Below, piece by piece: positions 9,806 through 19,279 of a stretch of 64,000 bases of DNA. The stretch lies in IMG/VR virus record IMGVR_UViG_3300045988_119396. The stretch is one strand, 5' to 3'. The translations under genes and the position numbers were made by a program. How positions within the stretch are numbered: the stretch's first letter is position 1; each line of letters opens with the position of its first letter. Origin of the DNA: a virus. The notes beneath the pieces are model-generated. The model was not told the origin of the DNA and ran no database searches. It was given only the letters and a program-made list of their open reading frames with translations.

Positions 9806-10102
9806 ATGGAATTAACATTCGCAGATAAAAACACAGAAATGATTTATAAGAAAAAGTTTTCTAAGAAGATACCACATCAGATACAGAAAACAGCATACAA
9901 GAAGTTGGCATTATTAGATGAGGCAGATAGCGTAGGTGATTTAAAAGTAATACCTTCTAATCGCTTAGAATTTCTAAAAGGCAGCATGAAGGGTGGTAAG
10001 AAAAATAAATATAGTATTAGGGTAAATAAGCAATACAGAATTTTATTTGAATACATCGCAGATATGTTTTGTAATGTTGAGTTGGTAGACTACCACATCT
10101 AA
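9806..10102 (+). CDS. HigB-like toxin (RelE/ParE superfamily, plasmid-killer or Gp49-like)
   Basis: LKGSMKGG..YSIRVNKQYRILFEY...VELVDYH aligns with HigB LKGDREGYWSITVRANWRITF...ILNYEDYH. Strong RBS AAGGAGGAATTAAC. Confidence 0.7.
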   Translation: MELTFADKNTEMIYKKKFSKKIPHQIQKTAYKKLALLDEADSVGDLKVIPSNRLEFLKGSMKGGKKNKYSIRVNKQYRILFEYIADMFCNVELVDYHI

Positions 10103-10276
10103 CAGTTACAAAAAGAAAAGAATTTTTACCAAAAAATACAAATGAAAATATTTTTTAAATTAAAAGGGTGTCAGCGTGTTACTTGGGTAAGTTGGCATAT
10201 AAAATAGCTCAGACAACGAAGTTATCATAACATAGATAGTAAAGTAAAAATAACTCGAATAGCGTTATTTTTATTA

Positions 10277-10304
10277 TTGACAGTAGTTAAAAATGTGGTA
10301 GAAT
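10277..10304 (+). promoter_or_regulatory. promoter TTGACA-16-TGgTAGAAT
   Basis: -35 at 10277-82; extended -10 at 10296-10304; upstream of the 10350 gene. Confidence 0.55.
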
Positions 10305-10349
10305 TACGTTATAAAGTTAAAAGTTAAAAGAATAAAGGGGTGATACAGT

Positions 10350-10601
10350 ATGAAAAAGAATTTAATCACAGTGATATCCAGTCAAGGCGAAAACAATGAA
10401 GTGAGATTGCATATCAATTATGAAAACAATGTGTACTATAAAGGTACTCCAGCAACAGATGATGATATTTATGTTAACTTTCATGAATATCCAGCTGTTA
10501 ATGTAATGAATGAAGATGAGTTAAATAATCAAGTTTCAGAATTAAATGCTAATGGTTTTAGAAGTGTTAGCAAGTCGGACTATCAAAGATTAATGAACTA
10601 A
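10350..10601 (+). CDS. hypothetical protein
   Basis: RBS AAAGGGGTG; track ORF. Confidence 0.45.
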   Translation: MKKNLITVISSQGENNEVRLHINYENNVYYKGTPATDDDIYVNFHEYPAVNVMNEDELNNQVSELNANGFRSVSKSDYQRLMN

Positions 10602-10654
10602 AAGATAAAAACAAAACAACAATAAAGATTAAGAATTAAAGGGTGGTAATTATT

Positions 10655-11671
10655 ATGGAAATTAGAGATGTATACACAAGTTGGTTGGAAAGTAAATCAG
10701 AAAACACAAGAACAAAATATCAAGCAAAGGTAGATAACTTTTCTGAAATGGTATTTGGGAAAGAGGCTTGGGAACTAACAGAAGAAGATTTGGTTAACTT
10801 AACATATCATGATGTTTATGGTAAATATATCAAAACATTCTTAACAGGTAGTAAACCAACTAAAGAAACAACTATTGTTAACTACCTACGTTCAATCAAA
10901 TCATATTTTGGTGCTATCAGACGTGCGGGTATTTATCCTAACGTTAATTTCGACCATCTGGTTAACGATGTATTATATACGAAAGATTTATCTGCTAAAG
11001 ATGGTGGACATAACGAACAAATTTCCAAATCAGAAGTTAAGGAAATGGAAAGTTGGTTGATTGATAACAAGCCAAATGGATATAAGTATGCTACATTGAT
11101 TGATTTCATGTTTCATACAGCAGTTCGTGTTTCAGCTGCATTCACTATCCGTTGGAGTGGCTTTACAGTTTATGAAAGTCCTTATGGTGGTACTTTTGCT
11201 AAGTTAAAAGTAATTGATAAGGGACGTAAATTGAACGATAAGGATATTCCAGTAAAACACTTTAACAACCTAAAGGAAACTATGGGGTATGATGGAAATG
11301 ATGATGAGTTAGTGTTTAAGGGTATGAAACAAACAACCTTGCGTAATTACATGAAGGAATTTAGTGACCTTCGTGGACGTAACTGGACTCCACATTCATT
11401 AAAGGTTGGTGCTGCTACTACATTTTATAGCATTACTAAAGACATTGTTGCTACATCAAGACTATTAGACCATGAAAGTTTAGATACAACAATGACTTAT
11501 ATTAGAAACAATCCTAACCCAAATGATAGTGGTACAACAATCTTATATAGTTCAGATACACACGTTGACTTCAGCAAATTAAAGAAGGAACAACTATTGA
11601 TGTTGATTAATAATAGACCAGAAGTTGCCGATATGTTATCACGTGACGCAGAACGTATGGGAGTGAATTAA
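10655..11671 (+). CDS. tyrosine recombinase/integrase family protein
   Basis: TAVRVSAAFTIRWSGF (Arg), HSLKVGAATTF (box II-like), TTMTYIRNN (Tyr). Start at the inner ATG (10655) after GGGTGGTAATTATT. Confidence 0.5.
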   Translation: MEIRDVYTSWLESKSENTRTKYQAKVDNFSEMVFGKEAWELTEEDLVNLTYHDVYGKYIKTFLTGSKPTKETTIVNYLRSIKSYFGAIRRAGIYPNVNFDHLVNDVLYTKDLSAKDGGHNEQISKSEVKEMESWLIDNKPNGYKYATLIDFMFHTAVRVSAAFTIRWSGFTVYESPYGGTFAKLKVIDKGRKLNDKDIPVKHFNNLKETMGYDGNDDELVFKGMKQTTLRNYMKEFSDLRGRNWTPHSLKVGAATTFYSITKDIVATSRLLDHESLDTTMTYIRNNPNPNDSGTTILYSSDTHVDFSKLKKEQLLMLINNRPEVADMLSRDAERMGVN

Positions 11672-11747
11672 TTTATTCATTAGACTCCTAATTAGTGCCA
11701 GCACCTAGACCTGTAATACAAGTCTTTGGTATAATTGATGGGGACAG

Positions 11748-13091
11748 GTGATGAAAATGAAGAGAACTTTTAATGAAATTCACATAAGAATGGTGACGCA
11801 TGAAGAGTATGAAAAAATCATGCGTCTTTGTCATAATCTGACTTATGAAGCAAAGAAAAAAGATGATATTGAATACCTAAATGAAATGCTAGATGAATAT
11901 TACGTTATTCGTGATTACTTTTATAGTCTACATTCTGACGAATATTGGTATAAAAGATTGGATGGAATGTCAGATGAGGAGTTTTTAAAAGAGAAAATTA
12001 AGATTGTTCATTTCCCTAATTACCAAAATATTTCTAATGAAATGGTACTTAGGAGGGCTGTGCGTAATATAAAAATCATAGACTATACAGTATATGCGGG
12101 CTACAATCTAGCGTTTAAAAATTCGTATGTTTTAAGAGCTAATGACCGAGATGTAAAAAAGAAGAAGATAGCTAATAAAATGACTTGGATAGGGGAGGTA
12201 GAAGAAAAAGAAGGTAAGCCTTTATCCAAAATACCAGTAGAAGATTTTTGTAAATATTTTTATTCAGAAAAAATAGCAACAGCTGGTTTTGAAAGAAGCG
12301 AGTTTTTGTGGTGTGTTAAAGGGTTATTGAAACTCGGTGGCATGACAGAAACAGAAATAGAAGAATACGCAGATACTTATATAAAGCATGTTGTAAAAGA
12401 AGTGGCAGAACGTTCTAATGCAGAACTTGAAAGCAGTCAAACTTTATATGGTGAAATAGATAAAGTATTAAGGACAGTATATAACAGGGGCAAAAGTTTT
12501 AAATATAGGTTTACTAATGCACGTGACCAAGTTATTATCTGCCTTATATTGTTAGGTGTAACAATAGATGAGTTCCAATACTTAGACGAGAAAGATTTCA
12601 ATTCAAAGGGCTTTAGTGATAACGGTGTCCTAACAATCAGAAATCTCAAGATGGGAACTAGAACTATAGAAATACCATTAGGTTTAAAGTTGAAAATAAA
12701 CGAATACTTAGGTATGGTGCATACAAAATCTTCTGATGGTTCTTTAATAGTCGGTGCAAGAGCTGTAAATAATGAGTATGTACGAATTACAGAAAGACAA
12801 GTGCGTGTTGTTGCGTTGAAATATGATGATAAGATAAAAAAAGCTACTGACCTAACACAAATAGGTAGAATGTTAAACTTTATGGACGTAGTTCGTGAGT
12901 ACGAAGAGGAACATGGTGAAAAACCAAAAGGTGATTATTTTGAAGATAAAGAGAATTTAGATTTAATAGCAAATAACATGAGAAGGTATGGCATGCTCCA
13001 TGCAGATGATTTTATTACTGTTGACGACATGAAATTTATAAAATTACAGTACCATAAGCTTTATTCAAATTATCTTGGGACTAGGGTCTAG
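11748..13091 (+). CDS. hypothetical protein (447 aa)
   Basis: Long ORF with RBS GGGGACAGGTG. Confidence 0.45.
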   Translation: MMKMKRTFNEIHIRMVTHEEYEKIMRLCHNLTYEAKKKDDIEYLNEMLDEYYVIRDYFYSLHSDEYWYKRLDGMSDEEFLKEKIKIVHFPNYQNISNEMVLRRAVRNIKIIDYTVYAGYNLAFKNSYVLRANDRDVKKKKIANKMTWIGEVEEKEGKPLSKIPVEDFCKYFYSEKIATAGFERSEFLWCVKGLLKLGGMTETEIEEYADTYIKHVVKEVAERSNAELESSQTLYGEIDKVLRTVYNRGKSFKYRFTNARDQVIICLILLGVTIDEFQYLDEKDFNSKGFSDNGVLTIRNLKMGTRTIEIPLGLKLKINEYLGMVHTKSSDGSLIVGARAVNNEYVRITERQVRVVALKYDDKIKKATDLTQIGRMLNFMDVVREYEEEHGEKPKGDYFEDKENLDLIANNMRRYGMLHADDFITVDDMKFIKLQYHKLYSNYLGTRV

Positions 13092-13127
13092 TAAACGTGT
13101 GAGAAATTGCACGTTTATTTTTTTGTT
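13092..13127 (+). terminator. rho-independent terminator AAACGTG...CACGTTT plus T-run
   Basis: 7-bp stem then ATTTTTTTGTTT. Confidence 0.55.
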
Positions 13128-13135
13128 TATAATTA

Positions 13136-13197
13136 TTGACTTATAATTATTGTATGTTATAATATAATAGTTGAGTTAAGAGTTTAGAGAATAAATG
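13136..13197 (+). promoter_or_regulatory. promoter TTGACT-16-TATAAT plus conserved leader GTTAAGAGTTTAGAGAATAAATG (copy 2)
   Basis: -35 at 13136-41; -10 at 13158-63; leader at 13175-13195; ATG start of the next gene at 13195. Confidence 0.65.
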
Positions 13198-13878
13198 ATT
13201 AACTTGCAAGAATTTGATAAAGGAGGTTTGTTTATCAATTTCGGAATTATGGCTTCCAGTGGTGGAAGTGGTAAAGATACAGTAGCAGATATGTTGTTGG
13301 CTTACCTAGCAAGCTATGATAGACATTCTAAAAAATACGCTTTAGCAGATGGTATTTATGATGTTTGTTATTCAATTCTAGGTAATGAAGATGACATTAA
13401 GCGTAGTCATCTACAAGGTGTAGGTGAGTCATTAAGACTTGTTTTTGGCAAAGATGTTTGGATTAACGATACAGACAAGAGAATTAAATCAGACCAACAA
13501 TTCCTTGATGATGTTATCGTAACAGACATTCGTAAGCTAAGAGAGTTCTCACATTACTTTGTAGATAAAGGTTTTGTTCCACTATATATCAAGGTTGATA
13601 AGGATATTGCCTTAGCACGTTTAAAAGAACGTGATGGTTATGTTCAAACAGAAAACTTTGGTAACAAAATCGAAAAGGAACTTAACTTTATTGAAAGTTT
13701 ACCTATTATCAAGACTAATATTCCAAATGTTAGCAAGGTAAATGTTCCAAACAATTCAGTGCTTAACAGCATTTATATCATTGACAATAACAGTGATGTA
13801 GATGAGTTGAGAGTTACAATCTCAATGTTGGTTGATAATTTAGCTCAGGAAGAAGGGTGGAATAAATTACAATGGTAG
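13195..13878 (+). CDS. deoxynucleoside monophosphate kinase-like P-loop protein
   Basis: GIMASSGGSGKDTVADMLL resembles the T4 gp1 dNMP kinase P-loop (SGKDT). Confidence 0.5.
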   Translation: MINLQEFDKGGLFINFGIMASSGGSGKDTVADMLLAYLASYDRHSKKYALADGIYDVCYSILGNEDDIKRSHLQGVGESLRLVFGKDVWINDTDKRIKSDQQFLDDVIVTDIRKLREFSHYFVDKGFVPLYIKVDKDIALARLKERDGYVQTENFGNKIEKELNFIESLPIIKTNIPNVSKVNVPNNSVLNSIYIIDNNSDVDELRVTISMLVDNLAQEEGWNKLQW

Positions 13879-14564
13879 AAGGTAAAAACTACACACATAT
13901 TCTCAATATCAAAGTTGGTATGAATATTGACGAAGCTATCAGTCCAGAAAATATTCATGGTGTAATGTATATGCTTGGTGTTAATAACCCAGATGATGTT
14001 GAGAAAGTATTTCTACAACGCAAGTATGATGAAATACAAACTACATTAGGTGCATTACATTTTGATGTGTTGCAAGGCGAAGTAGAACCTTTAAATCAAG
14101 GTCAAGCTGTTGATACTAAACCAGAAACAATACAAGAAATGAAACCAGTTGAACCAGAAGTGGAAAAATTACCAGAAGAAAATGGTGAAATTGCTGGTGC
14201 AACAGCCACACATATCGAACCTAATGAAAACATGGAAGATGACGGAATGTTCATGACAGAACCACCAGAAAATTTACATGATGACGACAAAATCGTACAG
14301 GATATGACAGATGAAGAACAAGAGTTAATCGGTGATTACTTTGGTTACTTACAAAACCACGAAGCAGATGATGTGTTAGCTTTTGTCGTCAATAAATCTT
14401 ACAAAGATAAGATTAACGAAGATGTTGTCAAAGCATTTGTCAGTGGCTTAACTGTAGTACCTTTTATGTACAAAGATTTAGGCGAACATGTATTAGCTGG
14501 CATTAAATACCTAAATAAAGAAACAAATAAGGTTGAAACAATTAAGTACGACACAACATTGTAA
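13872..14564 (+). CDS. hypothetical acidic protein
   Basis: Overlaps the upstream gene by 7 nt, consistent with coupled translation. Confidence 0.45.
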   Translation: MVEGKNYTHILNIKVGMNIDEAISPENIHGVMYMLGVNNPDDVEKVFLQRKYDEIQTTLGALHFDVLQGEVEPLNQGQAVDTKPETIQEMKPVEPEVEKLPEENGEIAGATATHIEPNENMEDDGMFMTEPPENLHDDDKIVQDMTDEEQELIGDYFGYLQNHEADDVLAFVVNKSYKDKINEDVVKAFVSGLTVVPFMYKDLGEHVLAGIKYLNKETNKVETIKYDTTL

Positions 14565-14590
14565 AAAGTAATAAGGAGGGATAGCCTTAG

Positions 14591-15745
14591 TTGGCAGAAT
14601 TAGAAAAAGAATTGAAAAGTGGTCAAGCACGTTTTGAAGTGTTTGGCGAATTAAGAGTAAATGAAGACTCATGGGGTGAAGTTAGACAATCAACTTCATC
14701 AACATATAAATATCGTAGAGCTGCTTTGTCCGTAGACTTAGGAGAAGGACGCTCAACTTTCGTAGAATTGATGGGTGGGTATGACCCCAACCGTCCTATC
14801 TTACGTAGACTTTCTAAAACACAAGGCGAAGGCTTAATGGATATTCCCTGGGCTAACCGCCTTAACGAAAACATTGTAGCTAATGTTTCACCACAAAGTT
14901 TATTTTCAGTAGGTAAATTAGACGAAAATGGTAACATCGCTCGTAAAGTTTTTGTATCTGAATTAGACGCTATCGAAGAAATGGAAAAGACCTTTAAGAA
15001 TGGTGACTCAGTTCACATTTGGGGTGATGTTGAATATCATCGCTACAACGGTCAAATCCAAAGACGTCTAAGTATTCGTGGTATCTCTCAAATCGTACCA
15101 GATAGTTCATCAGCTGGTCGCCACGAAGCAACACTTAGACAATCATTCTTATTTTCTAAGAACTCAATTTCCCCAGATTATGAAGATGAATTAGAAGAAA
15201 AAGGTAAGACAACAATTACAGTACACGTACCACAATATGTTGGTAAAGAAGAAGGTGTAGAAGTACGTAAAGTCTTACCATTCCCACAAACATTAGTATA
15301 TAAAGCTAATAATGAAGATGAAATCAAACGTGCAAAATTTGTTATTGAAAAATTCATGACAGTTGAAGATGACGATTTAGTACGTGAAGTTATCTTAGTC
15401 GTTGATATGTATGACGGTGTTGAAACATCTACTGGCGACTTTGAATTAACAGATGATTTGAAAGACTTATTAGATTTAGGTGTGGTTACAGAAGATGAAT
15501 TGAAACGCACATCAACTGTAAGTGGCAAGCGTATTCGTGAAAATATTGTATTAAAACCATACGTATACAAAGACCCACGCACACAACAAATCACAGTAAT
15601 GTCTAAAGACCGTTACGATATTTCAGTCTTAGATACATCTGTTAAGGAAGAAGAACCAGAAGAGGCTTCAATCGCAGATATGTTTGGTGAAAGTGATGTT
15701 GACACACCAAGCGAAAGTGAATTAGATGAATTAGATTTATTCTAA
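14591..15745 (+). CDS. putative single-stranded DNA-binding protein
   Basis: TTG start after AAGGAGGGATAGCCTTAG. Acidic C-terminal tail SESELDELDLF is typical of SSB. Confidence 0.4.
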   Translation: MAELEKELKSGQARFEVFGELRVNEDSWGEVRQSTSSTYKYRRAALSVDLGEGRSTFVELMGGYDPNRPILRRLSKTQGEGLMDIPWANRLNENIVANVSPQSLFSVGKLDENGNIARKVFVSELDAIEEMEKTFKNGDSVHIWGDVEYHRYNGQIQRRLSIRGISQIVPDSSSAGRHEATLRQSFLFSKNSISPDYEDELEEKGKTTITVHVPQYVGKEEGVEVRKVLPFPQTLVYKANNEDEIKRAKFVIEKFMTVEDDDLVREVILVVDMYDGVETSTGDFELTDDLKDLLDLGVVTEDELKRTSTVSGKRIRENIVLKPYVYKDPRTQQITVMSKDRYDISVLDTSVKEEEPEEASIADMFGESDVDTPSESELDELDLF

Positions 15746-15780
15746 ATTAAATTGCGTAACACAAATAAATAATAAGGTGG

Positions 15781-16770
15781 GATTTAGGAAAAATAGCATT
15801 AAAATTTAGAAAACCAGAAAAGAAGAAAAAAGGTGCAACATTCTTAGTTTACGGAGAAAGTGGTTCTGGCAAGACATTGTTTGCTTTAGGTTTCCCTAAG
15901 TCAGCATACATTGACGCAGAAAATGGTACTACTTTCTATGAAGGTACTGATAAAGCAGAACAAGTAGTAGGTTTCTTGGAAACACAATCATTCAAAGATA
16001 TTACACAACAAACAAAAGAGTTGGTTAAGTTAATGAAGAAAGGTGATAAGACCTTTGAAACATTAGTAATTGACTCTGAAACAAAAATCTACGAAAACTT
16101 ACAAGAAGCATTGTTAACAGTTGATGAAAAGCGTGCTAGAGAAAAAGGTCAAGACGTATTAGACGCAAATATTTCTATGCGTTCTTGGGGTAAGATTAAA
16201 CAAAAGGCACGTTCAATGCAAAACTTGAAGTTACAATTAGCTTCTACTGGTATGAACGTTGTTTCTATTGCACAACCTAAAGACACAATGGAAGATTTAG
16301 GTAATGGCAAGCGTATCAAGGTTGGTATTGAACCAGATATGAAGAAACAAGCTAAATTTGATTATGATGTAGTGTTACGTTTCTATACGGAAGATGGCAA
16401 GTATTATGCACAAGTTGAAAAAGACCGTACAGAAGCACATTTACGAGATGAAATCATTGAAAACCCTAGCTTTGAAGATTGGGCAGAAGTAATTGCAGAC
16501 CGTAAAGATTTAAAGGCGGTTGACGTTGATTACAATGTTGATACAGAAAAAGCTAAGGAAAGTTATGAAAAAGAATTAGATAACGAAGACTTGGATAGTT
16601 TACCAAAGACAGAACAAATCAAGGTTATGTTGGGTAAGTTATCACAAGATGATAAGAAAGAGTTCGCTGGACGAATTAAAACAGAAATTGGTATTACAGG
16701 CACATTAAGTAAAGCTAGTGACGACCAATTAACACAAGCATTAGAACTCCTAAAGACTGATTTTGCTTAA
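15781..16770 (+). CDS. RecA/Sak4-like P-loop ATPase; start codon unresolved
   Basis: Walker A GESGSGKT is encoded upstream of the track start (15877) in the same frame. No ATG/GTG/TTG lies in-frame between the stop at 15766 and 15877. Confidence 0.45.
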   Translation, partial: DLGKIALKFRKPEKKKKGATFLVYGESGSGKTLFALGFPKSAYIDAENGTTFYEGTDKAEQVVGFLETQSFKDITQQTKELVKLMKKGDKTFETLVIDSETKIYENLQEALLTVDEKRAREKGQDVLDANISMRSWGKIKQKARSMQNLKLQLASTGMNVVSIAQPKDTMEDLGNGKRIKVGIEPDMKKQAKFDYDVVLRFYTEDGKYYAQVEKDRTEAHLRDEIIENPSFEDWAEVIADRKDLKAVDVDYNVDTEKAKESYEKELDNEDLDSLPKTEQIKVMLGKLSQDDKKEFAGRIKTEIGITGTLSKASDDQLTQALELLKTDFA

Positions 16771-16973
16771 TAAAAAGGGACTCACTTCGATAGTGGGTTC
16801 TTTTCATATTAATAGATAAGGTGGTTTTATGAAAGATTTCAAGAAGATATAAGAATAGCAAAGGCAAAACGGTTGCTGTAAGTGACGAACATCTCGCTGC
16901 TGCGATTAAAATCAAAGAAGAACTACAAAAAGCCAGTCCTGGTAGACGTACAAACTGGAAAGAACACAAAAAG

Positions 16974-18080
16974 TTGATGATAAAATCAGGATTTTATGAT
17001 AGCGACTCAAACGAAAGTTATCGCTGTTTAATCAAAGCTGTACAAAAAGAACGTGGTAGTTTACCAAGTGTAGAGAAACACGCTGATATGTTGTCTAGCA
17101 ACAAGCTACAGGGCTTAAAAGAGAAAATAGGCGAACTACATTACGCTAAGTTTGCTGAGCAACAGGAACGTAGAGAACTAAACAAGGTTAAACGTGATAT
17201 GTCTAAGGGTGCTTTAGTGGCAGATAGTATCAGTAATTTAGTTGCTGATATGAATTTTGCTGAATTACCCAAGAGTAAGATTTACAAAAATCAAGTTAAA
17301 TCGCCTAGTTCATTAATCATCTGCTTATCTGATATTCATTATGGGGCTGATTTCTCAATTCCACAAAACGAATACAACCCAGAAATGTCTGCTAGATTAC
17401 TAGATGAATATGCTGGGAAATTAATTAGTTTCATCAAAATGCGTAAGGATATTATCCACGTACATGTAGTTAATTTAGGTGACTCCATTGAACATGCTCA
17501 AATGCGTCAACAAAATACATTTGAGGTACGTAAGACTGTATCAGAACAAGTCACAGAAATTGCTAGATTGATTTGGAAATTCTTAGCACGATTAAGTGAA
17601 GTAGCGTATGTAACCTATGAAGGTATTGCTGGTAATCATGACAGATTAAATGGTAACTACAAAAATGCTTTAACTGGTGATACAGCCTCCACATTGATTA
17701 ATCAAATCATTCGTAGCTTGGCAGAAGTTACTGATGGACGTGTAGAATATGTCGAGGCTAAAGATTACTACTTTACTGATATTGACTTAATGGGACATAG
17801 CTTTGCTTTTGTGCATGGGGACAAACATAGAGTAGATAGCAATAACAGTGTGTTATCTAAGTTAGGTGACATTCATAATAAGCATTATGACGCTGTAATT
17901 GCGGGACATATTCACCATTACAAGATGACAGAAGTTGGAGAAAATCGTTTCCAAGTTAACTTTGGCTCATTTAAAGGTATTGACCCTTATGCAGTGCAAC
18001 AAGGTTTTGCATCCAGTCGGTCACAAGGAATAATTGTAGTAAACAAAAAAGGCTACGAAATCAGACGTGTAACTCTTTAG
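16974..18080 (+). CDS. calcineurin-like metallophosphoesterase (SbcD/Mre11-like)
   Basis: Motifs DIHYG, GDSIEH, GNHD, GHIHH. The frame is open upstream to 16833 without a canonical start. Confidence 0.6.
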   Translation: MMIKSGFYDSDSNESYRCLIKAVQKERGSLPSVEKHADMLSSNKLQGLKEKIGELHYAKFAEQQERRELNKVKRDMSKGALVADSISNLVADMNFAELPKSKIYKNQVKSPSSLIICLSDIHYGADFSIPQNEYNPEMSARLLDEYAGKLISFIKMRKDIIHVHVVNLGDSIEHAQMRQQNTFEVRKTVSEQVTEIARLIWKFLARLSEVAYVTYEGIAGNHDRLNGNYKNALTGDTASTLINQIIRSLAEVTDGRVEYVEAKDYYFTDIDLMGHSFAFVHGDKHRVDSNNSVLSKLGDIHNKHYDAVIAGHIHHYKMTEVGENRFQVNFGSFKGIDPYAVQQGFASSRSQGIIVVNKKGYEIRRVTL

Positions 18081-18091
18081 GTAGGTGGAAT

Positions 18092-18943
18092 ATGGCAAAG
18101 AGAGCTAAAACGTGTTTCTACTGTGGTGGAACTTTTGAAGATGAAATGGATATTGTGGAGTTTAGAGTTCCTTATACAAGTGGGAAATCAGCTCACAGAA
18201 GATTTCATGAGAAATGTTTGCCAGAATTTAAGAAGGTATTAGAGGAACAAGGCGGGGAAATCGAATCGGCTTCATATCGTAAGAAGTTGAACGAAAGAAG
18301 AACCGCACAGAAAAAGCCTAATTGTACGTATTGTGGAAGATTGTTCGTTGATACAGACGAGTCATTGGTGTTGTATAACCAGTTTGGTAATAGTTATGGC
18401 AAGTATCACCCTAATTGTTATATCAAGTACATTAACAATATGCAAAATGCAGACTTGAGAAAGCAAGAAAACAAGGAATGGGAAGAAGTGTACGACTACT
18501 TTGCTTATGAAATTCTAAATATGCGACCATCACAAGCAAGAGAGAATAAAGCTATTGTTTATAGGCTTGCAGCATTACGAATTGGTAAGAAAAGACTTAA
18601 CCGAGGTGACGTTATTATGGGTGTTGAGGCTGGTTATTCTTATAAGACTATCCTTTACACTATGAAATATGTTAGAACACAAATCACCGAAGAATTTGCA
18701 AGTCGTAGATTTCATGATATGAACCACAAGATTAACTATGCGATGGTTATCATCTGGAACAACATTGACTTTATTAACGGTAGAGTTAAAGCGATGGAAC
18801 GTCAAAAGGAATTGACTGAAATTGAAACCAAGAAACGCTTGGCAGAAAAAGAGAGATTGAGCAACGTTGAGAAACTACCATATCAACGCAAGTCTAAAAC
18901 AAGTGGTAAAGCTAGATGGGTTTGGCTTGAAGATGAGGAATAA
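18092..18943 (+). CDS. zinc-finger protein (two CxxC...H..C clusters)
   Basis: CFYCGG...HEKC and CTYCGR...HPNC. Confidence 0.5.
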   Translation: MAKRAKTCFYCGGTFEDEMDIVEFRVPYTSGKSAHRRFHEKCLPEFKKVLEEQGGEIESASYRKKLNERRTAQKKPNCTYCGRLFVDTDESLVLYNQFGNSYGKYHPNCYIKYINNMQNADLRKQENKEWEEVYDYFAYEILNMRPSQARENKAIVYRLAALRIGKKRLNRGDVIMGVEAGYSYKTILYTMKYVRTQITEEFASRRFHDMNHKINYAMVIIWNNIDFINGRVKAMERQKELTEIETKKRLAEKERLSNVEKLPYQRKSKTSGKARWVWLEDEE

Positions 18944-18960
18944 GGAGGCTATGTTTGTAG

Positions 18961-19275
18961 TTGGATAGAACTAGCGAATTAGAGTATGTAAAGCACGAGC
19001 TTGAACGTAACAAGATGTTGTTGCTATCAAGTTTTGGATTAGAAGGTATTGTTAAATCAGAAAACAAGGAACGTATTTTCATGAAGGTTATAGACAATAC
19101 ACATAAATATTTTAATATTTCTAATGGGGAAGTGTTAAACATGTTGTTTAATGCTTTGGAAATTATGTATCGAAGTGATAAAACACTTAAATCATTATAC
19201 GACCCAGAAACATTAAGTAAATTTGCAGCCGAAGAAAAGGCTTATATAACCAATAATTTAATGAAAGTGGGATAG
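18961..19275 (+). CDS. hypothetical protein
   Basis: Track ORF (TTG start). Confidence 0.35.
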   Translation: MDRTSELEYVKHELERNKMLLLSSFGLEGIVKSENKERIFMKVIDNTHKYFNISNGEVLNMLFNALEIMYRSDKTLKSLYDPETLSKFAAEEKAYITNNLMKVG

Positions 19276-19279
19276 AAAC

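Noticed and set aside
16829-16852. 8-codon ORF MKDFKKI with a strong RBS upstream of the phosphoesterase
   Set aside because: Too short to call as a gene. It is retained only as context for the start-codon ambiguity.
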